NCBI GenBank assembly: GCA_027858735.1
Contig: JAQICC010000262.1
Coordinates: 1,879 to 65,878, forward strand
Source: Salinivirgaceae bacterium
Lineage (GTDB): Bacteria > Bacteroidota > Bacteroidia > Bacteroidales > SZUA-534
Length of the DNA stretch: 64,000 bases
Direction: 5' to 3'
The notes below the pieces were generated by a model, which was given only the letters and a program-made list of their open reading frames with translations, had not been told where the DNA came from and did no database searches. Shown in pieces: positions 58,167-64,000 of the stretch. A program made the position numbers and the translations under genes. Each line of letters opens with the position of its first letter. Within the stretch, counting starts at the first letter, position 1.

Positions 58167-59942
58167 ATGGGACAAACATTTGTTGAGAAAATATTTAATG
58201 CAAAAGCAGGAAGTATTGTATTCCATAAGCCCGATTTAATACTAACCCACGACAATACTGCAAGTATTAAAGGTACATTTGCGCAAATGGGTGGTAAATT
58301 TGTTAGTAACCCAAATCAAATGCTGGTGGTTTTAGACCATAACGCCCCTCCTACTAATGCAAAATTAGCCAACCAATACCAAAACATTAGAAATTTTGTT
58401 AGCGAGCAAAAGGTGAATAAATTTTACGATGTGGGTAATGGAATTTGTCACCAACTAATGGCCAATCATGCACGGCCTGGTATGCTAATTGTTGGCAGCG
58501 ATAGCCATACTTGCACCGCAGGAGCATTCAACGTTATGGCTGCCGGTATTGACCGTACCGAATCGGCAGGAATATGGAAACGAGGCGAAACGTGGTTTAG
58601 AGTTCCCGAAACCATGAAAATTACATTATCAGGCATTCTTAATGAAGGTGTTTATGCTAAAGATATTTCATTATGGATAATTGGCATGATTGGAAGCGAT
58701 GGTGCAAATTACATGAGCATTGAATATCATGGCGAAGGGGTAAAAACTCTTTCTGTATCAGAAAGAATGACCATTGCAAATTTGGCTTCTGAAATGGGTG
58801 CTAAAAATGCCGTATTTCCGCCCGATGAAGTACTTTCAGACTATTTAGGCTTGCAAATGAAGGATGGCGTGTGGGCAGATGCGGATGCAAACTATACAAA
58901 AACTATTGATATTGACTTATCGGAAATATATCCCGTAGTTGCTGTTCCACACCATGTAGATAATGTAAAAGCTGTTGCTGAGGTAAAAGGCATAAAGATT
59001 CAACAGGCTTTAATTGGCACTTGCACTAATGGCCGACTTGAGGATTTGAGAATTGCTGCAAAAATACTTAAGGACAGAACCATACCACCCCATGTTCAAT
59101 TACTGGTAGCCCCAGCTTCAAAAGATATTTACTTACAAGCAATTTCTGAAGGCATTATTTCCACTTTAATTAAAGCAGGGGCCAATATTCTGGGATCGTC
59201 TTGCGGACCCTGTTTAGGAACGGGACAAGGAATTCCAGCTGACGGAACGACGGTTATTTCAACGGCAAACCGCAATTTTAAAGGGCGTATGGGAAATAAA
59301 GAAGCTCAAATTTATCTGGCCTCTCCAGCATGTGTTGCTTTATCGGCAATAAAAGGCGAAATAACCGACCCTCGAGAAAAACCACAAGATGAGTGTTTTT
59401 CATTTAGCAAAGAGCAAAGCTCAACTATCGAAATTGATGCAAATGACAACAGAAAAAAAAATGGAGTATGGAATTATGCCGATGTTGATAATCTGAATAC
59501 TGACCAAATGTTTGCTGGTAACCTTACCTATGATATACTTAGTTCTGATGTTCCTTCCATAATGCCTCATTTGTTTAAAGGATTCGATGACAAATTTACG
59601 GATCAGCTTACTGAGGGTGATATAATTATTGCAGGTGAAAATTTTGGATGTGGAAGCTCCAGAGAGCACCCTGCTGTTGGCCTAGCACATGCAGGTGTAA
59701 AAGCCATAATTGTTAAATCGGTAAACAGAATTTTCTATCGCTCATGCATTAATCAAGGCTTATTATTGATTGTTAATAAAGCTATTGTTGATGCTTATAG
59801 AGCAGGAGATGAAGTTGAAGCCAATTTTTTAAATGGATCTATAAATATAAATTCGAAGGCTTTTAACATTCCACCCCTGCCCGACAAACTAATGAAAATA
59901 ATTGAACATAAGGGTTTGGTAAATGCTATTGCAAACGGTTAA
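58167..59942 (+). CDS. Aconitase-family dehydratase with fused LeuC-like and LeuD-like domains (3-isopropylmalate dehydratase / homoaconitase type)
   Basis: 591 aa. Fe-S ligand motifs GSDSHTC, CTNGR and SCGPCLG. The C-terminal swivel domain reads AGENFGCGSSREHPA. It is not in a leu operon in this window. Confidence 0.8.
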   Translation: MGQTFVEKIFNAKAGSIVFHKPDLILTHDNTASIKGTFAQMGGKFVSNPNQMLVVLDHNAPPTNAKLANQYQNIRNFVSEQKVNKFYDVGNGICHQLMANHARPGMLIVGSDSHTCTAGAFNVMAAGIDRTESAGIWKRGETWFRVPETMKITLSGILNEGVYAKDISLWIIGMIGSDGANYMSIEYHGEGVKTLSVSERMTIANLASEMGAKNAVFPPDEVLSDYLGLQMKDGVWADADANYTKTIDIDLSEIYPVVAVPHHVDNVKAVAEVKGIKIQQALIGTCTNGRLEDLRIAAKILKDRTIPPHVQLLVAPASKDIYLQAISEGIISTLIKAGANILGSSCGPCLGTGQGIPADGTTVISTANRNFKGRMGNKEAQIYLASPACVALSAIKGEITDPREKPQDECFSFSKEQSSTIEIDANDNRKKNGVWNYADVDNLNTDQMFAGNLTYDILSSDVPSIMPHLFKGFDDKFTDQLTEGDIIIAGENFGCGSSREHPAVGLAHAGVKAIIVKSVNRIFYRSCINQGLLLIVNKAIVDAYRAGDEVEANFLNGSININSKAFNIPPLPDKLMKIIEHKGLVNAIANG

Positions 59943-59996
59943 AAATCAATATCAGAAATAATTGGATAAAAATAGTTATTTGTTGTTATACAGATA

Positions 59997-60029
59997 AGCC
60001 ACTTCGCTCAGGGTGGCTTTATTATTATA
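59997..60029 (+). terminator. Probable intrinsic terminator after the aconitase-family gene
   Basis: Stem AAGCCAC (59997-60003) / GTGGCTT (60014-60020), followed by TATTATTAT, which is T-rich but not a clean U-run. Confidence 0.5.
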
Positions 60030-60093
60030 ATTTTACTATGTTTGCACAAAAATTCAGAATACGAAAATATTTATAGTAATTAAATAGAATACA

Positions 60094-60696
60094 ATGTTGA
60101 AAACAGAATTAGAAAAAGTAAGCTACGGTTTTGGAGTGAATATTGCTCAAAACATGAAGCAACAAGGAATGAGTGAGATTAATGCTGAATTATTAGCGAA
60201 AGGATTAAGTGACTATTTAACTGATGCCAAATTAGAAATACCCGAAGAGCAAATTCAAGGAATTTTACAAACATATTTTAAAGAGCTACAAGAAAAACAG
60301 TTCGAAAAAAATATTATAGCCGGAAAAGAATTTTTAGCTGAGAACGCAAAACGCGAAGGAGTTACCACACTTGAAAGCGGATTACAATACGAGGTTATTA
60401 CGGCTAGTGAAGGTGCAAAGCCAAGCGAAACCGATAAAGTTACAACACATTACCACGGTACTTTACTTGACGGTACTGTTTTTGATAGCTCTGTTGATCG
60501 CGGAGAGCCGGCTACTTTTCCTGTAAACGGTGTTATTAAAGGTTGGGTTGAAGGACTTCAATTAATGGAAGCCGGATCGAAATGGCGTTTGTATGTACCT
60601 GAAAATCTTGCTTATGGTGCAAACCCTCACCCAGGTGGACCAATAGAACCTTATGCAACTTTAATATTTGATATTGAGCTAATCTCAATAAACTAA
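60094..60696 (+). CDS. FKBP-type peptidyl-prolyl cis-trans isomerase
   Basis: 200 aa. The C-terminal FKBP domain reads VTTHYHGTLLDGTVFDSS...FPVNGVIKGWVEGLQLM...LIFDIELI. Confidence 0.9.
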   Translation: MLKTELEKVSYGFGVNIAQNMKQQGMSEINAELLAKGLSDYLTDAKLEIPEEQIQGILQTYFKELQEKQFEKNIIAGKEFLAENAKREGVTTLESGLQYEVITASEGAKPSETDKVTTHYHGTLLDGTVFDSSVDRGEPATFPVNGVIKGWVEGLQLMEAGSKWRLYVPENLAYGANPHPGGPIEPYATLIFDIELISIN

Positions 60697-60782
60697 TATA
60701 ATTTCAAATAAAATTGGTTTTGTGTTTTGGAATATCCGCAAAATAAATTAGATTTGCACTCGCAAAATAGAAGAGTGCAACT

Positions 60783-60856
60783 GGTCGCGTAGCTCAGCTG
60801 AATAGAGCAATAGCCTTCTAAGCTATGGGTCCCAGGTTTGAGTCCTGGCGCGATCA
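60783..60856 (+). tRNA. tRNA-Arg (anticodon TCT)
   Basis: Hand-folded 74-nt cloverleaf. Acceptor GGTCGCG/CGCGATC. D arm GCTC-AGCTGAATA-GAGC. Anticodon arm ATAGC-CTTCTAA-GCTAT, with TCT in the loop centre. Variable loop GGGTC. T arm CCAGG-TTTGAGT-CCTGG. Discriminator base A. Confidence 0.93.
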
Positions 60857-60871
60857 CTTCTAAAAAGCAAG

Positions 60872-60911
60872 AAACCCCGTTATCGCTCGATTTCGGGGTT
60901 TTGTTTTTTTT
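60872..60911 (+). terminator. Rho-independent terminator after tRNA-Arg
   Basis: Stem AAACCCCG (60872-60879) / CGGGGTTT (60894-60901), followed by TGTTTTTTTT. Confidence 0.85.
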
Positions 60912-61110
60912 ACTGATCATGAATATATTTGAATCGGGATCAATTCAATTTTATGTATTGGGAATTGGCTGAATAAATTAATAGCCTCAATTTATCAATT
61001 TTTCCGTCTAACTGAAATTTAATACAGAGAAGTAGACAAATAGTTTAAACTACAGCTAATAAATAAAATCCTGATTTAATTCCTGTTACCTTATATTTTT
61101 TGAATTGACG

Positions 61111-62190
61111 TTAGCTCCCGTTTTTTAATTTCTTTTCTATATATCTTGAATTCATTATTCTAAGAATTCCCATATAATCTAACTTAAACTCAATCAAGTC
61201 ACCAACCTTATAATTCTTTTTATTTTCGTCAAGGTCAATTACTATCATATCAGAACTTGCTCCTGCTAATTTCAAACTCTTATCAATTAATTCAATATGG
61301 TCTGTTTCAACATCAAGAAGTCCTAAATCAATTATTGCTCGGTATGATTTTTTTCCTATATTATTTTGGTCAAACTCATAACTTTCGCCTTCAACATTTG
61401 TGCCCATTTCTCCCATTGGAACGATGGATTTTTCAATTAATTCAATTATTTCTGTATATAAGCTAAAAACATCAGAGTGCATTTTCTTAAAATTTGTATT
61501 ATTATATACATCTGTTCCAAGAAATAACGTTTCTCCTACTCTAAAATGATTGATTCCTTTGGGTAACAAATTTTGAAAAATCAAAGGAATTGTCACAGAA
61601 GAACCGCCTGAAACATATGGGATATGCTTGTTAAATTTTGCTTCGATCAACTGTTCATATAGACTTAACTGAATTAATTTATCGTGATTTGGCAAAACAC
61701 CATATAAGCATGATAAATTTGCTCCAATTCCTACAATTTGTATATTTTCTAATTTGAAAATACTTTCATAAAAATCCATAAAATCTTCTCCCAAAACGCC
61801 TTCTCTAAGCTCCCCAAGTTCAATCATTATTATGATTTTATGAGTTTTATTTTGCTTTTTGGCTTCTTTCGATAAAAGCTTAATTGTTTCTATCTCAGTA
61901 TTCATACTAATATCTGCATATTTAACCACATTCGATATTGAACGTTTTGCAGGTGGTTTAATATAAACTGTTTCAATTTTAGGATTAATTAATTTTATTT
62001 CTTTCAAGTTATATACCCGAGAGTCGCAAATTTGTTTAATATCAAATTTTAACAGTTCTGTTAAAAAGATTTTATTACCACTCAGCATTTTTGATACGAT
62101 AGACCATTCAATCCCATTCTTTTTAAATAGAGTACTGAGATAGTCAAAATTTGATTTTAGTTTCTTAATATCTAATGTTACAAAAGCCAT
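61111..62190 (-). CDS. Alanine-racemase-fold PLP enzyme, YhfX-like predicted amino-acid racemase
   Basis: 359 aa. The N-terminal barrel has IVSKML (candidate PLP lysine). The length and pattern resemble COG3457-type ornithine/lysine/alanine racemases. The substrate is not callable. Confidence 0.6.
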   Translation of the reverse strand: MAFVTLDIKKLKSNFDYLSTLFKKNGIEWSIVSKMLSGNKIFLTELLKFDIKQICDSRVYNLKEIKLINPKIETVYIKPPAKRSISNVVKYADISMNTEIETIKLLSKEAKKQNKTHKIIIMIELGELREGVLGEDFMDFYESIFKLENIQIVGIGANLSCLYGVLPNHDKLIQLSLYEQLIEAKFNKHIPYVSGGSSVTIPLIFQNLLPKGINHFRVGETLFLGTDVYNNTNFKKMHSDVFSLYTEIIELIEKSIVPMGEMGTNVEGESYEFDQNNIGKKSYRAIIDLGLLDVETDHIELIDKSLKLAGASSDMIVIDLDENKKNYKVGDLIEFKLDYMGILRIMNSRYIEKKLKNGS

Positions 62191-62194
62191 TGTT

Positions 62195-63349
62195 TTATTT
62201 TTTAATTACATTTCGAGTTATACCTTCTGATAAATGTGCAAGTATTTCATAATTAAGTTCATCGCTTAAATCGCTAAAAGCGCTGACTTTTATTTCTAAT
62301 TTTCCTTGTTTTCCGATAAGAACAACTTCATCACAAACTTCCACATTTTTCACGTTTGTAATGTCAATTATAATCATGTTCATGTTAACAACACCAATTA
62401 CACTGCATCTATGGCCACGAATAAGAACACGCCCCTTGTTACTCAATGAACGGCTATAACCCAAGGAATATCCAACTGGGACAATTGCTGTAGTAATGTT
62501 CGTTTGAGCAAGATATGATATTCCATATCCAATAAATTCACCACTTTTAACTTCTTTTATAGCCATTATTTGACTTTTCCATCCCAGTATTCTTTTTAAA
62601 GGGTCTATTTTGTTATTTTGATTATTAGTATACTGAATAAATACTTCGGTACTCGACCAAAAACCATATAGCATAATTCCAACTCGAACCAAATCCATTC
62701 TTGCTTCAGGATACACAAAAGCAGCTGCAGAATTGGCAACATGTTTATATGTTGGACTCAAATCATTTGCTTCAAAGTTAGCAAACATTTCATTGTACTT
62801 CTGCAATTGCTTTTGGATTCTAAAATAATTTGAAATACTTTCAGCTCCAGCCAGATGAGTGCAGAATCCTGCTATCTCAATATAGGAATTTTTTTTTTTA
62901 ATAATATCAATAACACAATCTAATTCTTTAAAATCTAATCCTGACCGATTCATCCCTGTTTCTGTTTCAAGATGAATTTTTGCCTTTAAATTAAGCTCTA
63001 TAGCAAATTTTATTGCCGTATTTAACCTTTCAATATTAAACACAAAGAATTCTATTCCTTTTTCGATTGCATCCCTAATATTTTCGTCGCATAACCATCC
63101 CATAACCATAATTGACCTTGGCTTAGAAAGGCAATTATAAACGCGAACAGCTTCGCTATAATAAAAAACTGAAAAGTGATCAATACCATGTTTTTCAAAA
63201 ACTGGAACAATTTGTTCTATACCGTGTCCATAGGCATTCGCTTTAACTACAGCTGAAATTTTTACTTTATCACCAAATTTCGATTTTAGAAAAGAGATAT
63301 TTTTTTTAACTGATCTTTCATTGAGTGTAATTAGTGAACTATCAATCAT
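62195..63349 (-). CDS. alr: Alanine racemase
   Basis: 384 aa. The PLP motif AVVKANAYGHG, RVGIMLYG, and GYGISY. Confidence 0.88.
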   Translation of the reverse strand: MIDSSLITLNERSVKKNISFLKSKFGDKVKISAVVKANAYGHGIEQIVPVFEKHGIDHFSVFYYSEAVRVYNCLSKPRSIMVMGWLCDENIRDAIEKGIEFFVFNIERLNTAIKFAIELNLKAKIHLETETGMNRSGLDFKELDCVIDIIKKKNSYIEIAGFCTHLAGAESISNYFRIQKQLQKYNEMFANFEANDLSPTYKHVANSAAAFVYPEARMDLVRVGIMLYGFWSSTEVFIQYTNNQNNKIDPLKRILGWKSQIMAIKEVKSGEFIGYGISYLAQTNITTAIVPVGYSLGYSRSLSNKGRVLIRGHRCSVIGVVNMNMIIIDITNVKNVEVCDEVVLIGKQGKLEIKVSAFSDLSDELNYEILAHLSEGITRNVIKK

Positions 63350-64000
63350 GTTTTAAGATGCTTTTGTAAATAGTGTAAAATAACTCTATGCCTGTTTTAA
63401 TAATATCTTCCGGAAAATCAAAATCGGGATTGTGAAGCTGTGGCTGATTAAAACCTGAACCCAATCCAAAATAACAAGCTTTATATTTTTCGCTAAAATA
63501 GCCAAAATCTTCCGACCATTTAAATGGTGTTTTCAAGTATTCCAATTCTAAACCTAATTGTTTTGCTGATTGTTCAACCATATCAACACATTGATCATTA
63601 TTAACGGTTGCCGGAAAAACTTCATTATAGGAAATTTCATAGCTCAACTTTTCTGAGCTAGAAATTTCATGTATTATTTTTTCACATTGATTTGTAAGTA
63701 AGTCCATATCTTCATTTTCGAAAGCACGTAGTGTAATTCTCATTTCAGCAAAGCCTGGTGAGGTGCCAAAAGATATTTCACCCAATTGTATGTGGATAAT
63801 GGTGAGTAAAATAAAATCACTAAACAGCGTTTTATTTTCTCTTAAACTATGTAATTTATTGATAATTTGAGAAATTGCATCAGCAGGACTGATTCCATTT
63901 TCAGGTTCGGAAGCATGAGCTGTTTTTCCTCTAAGCTTAACTGTCATCCCTTTTGATCCAGAAGCAAAACTTCCCTTTTTAAGCAATATTCTATGCTTTT
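63342..64000 (-). CDS. M20-family amidohydrolase/peptidase, N-terminus outside the window
   Basis: The frame stays open to nt 64000. KLRGKTAHASEPENGISPADAI is the M20 dimerisation/catalytic region pattern. The stop TGA overlaps the alr start by 8 nt. Confidence 0.75.
   Translation of the reverse strand, partial: KHRILLKKGSFASGSKGMTVKLRGKTAHASEPENGISPADAISQIINKLHSLRENKTLFSDFILLTIIHIQLGEISFGTSPGFAEMRITLRAFENEDMDLLTNQCEKIIHEISSSEKLSYEISYNEVFPATVNNDQCVDMVEQSAKQLGLELEYLKTPFKWSEDFGYFSEKYKACYFGLGSGFNQPQLHNPDFDFPEDIIKTGIELFYTIYKSILKHD

Noticed and set aside
60693-60920. 75-aa minus-strand ORF.
   Set aside because: It runs antisense through tRNA-Arg(TCT) and its terminator, so it is not a plausible gene.

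Overview
This is an AT-rich bacterial chromosomal window. Its gene content and order look like Bacteroidota: an rpmB-rpmG-DUF4295 trio, an LptD-like/amidase/MlaD block next to dnaA, an M49 DPP III with the HECLGH motif, and TAnnTTTG-like -7 boxes. That taxonomic call is inference.

Main contents, in order:
- The 3' 6.9 kb of a fully reducing, FAS-like type I PKS (AT-DH-CMeT-ER-KR-ACP-TE), followed by an Sfp-type PPTase.
- Housekeeping genes: msrB, map, rimO, ftsY, rpmB/rpmG, cinA, dnaA, pyrD, miaB, glgA/glgC, tRNA-Arg(TCT) and alr.
- A 7-gene minus-strand cluster for a glucosylglycerate-type compatible solute: 2 GT-B glycosyltransferases, a HAD phosphatase, YqaA, a GpgS-like synthase, a sucrose-phosphorylase-family enzyme and glycerate kinase.
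- mntP, DPP III, and a racemase/M20 operon.

Three genes are broken:
- A GNAT acetyltransferase is split by a 164-bp MITE-like insertion with a 5-bp target duplication.
- mtaB carries a frameshift, a deletion and three in-frame stops.
- A CheY-like receiver is frameshifted in a T/A homopolymer run.

Most worth a second look is the 4.35-kb stretch 31576-35929, which is only about one-third coding.
- It holds a 1.7-kb ORF-free, hairpin-containing tract next to an XRE-family HTH gene.
- The upstream region of that gene carries a phased array of six same-orientation TnACAWATGTAAT repeats. Further copies flank pyrD and lie downstream of the HTH gene.
- The tract shares short repeat modules (CAGTCAAGTCAT and AAGCATAGCC) with a 169-bp inverted-repeat element directly upstream of mntP.

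I saw no CRISPR array, rRNA, integrase or transposase. All motif and repeat searches were done by eye and are not exhaustive.
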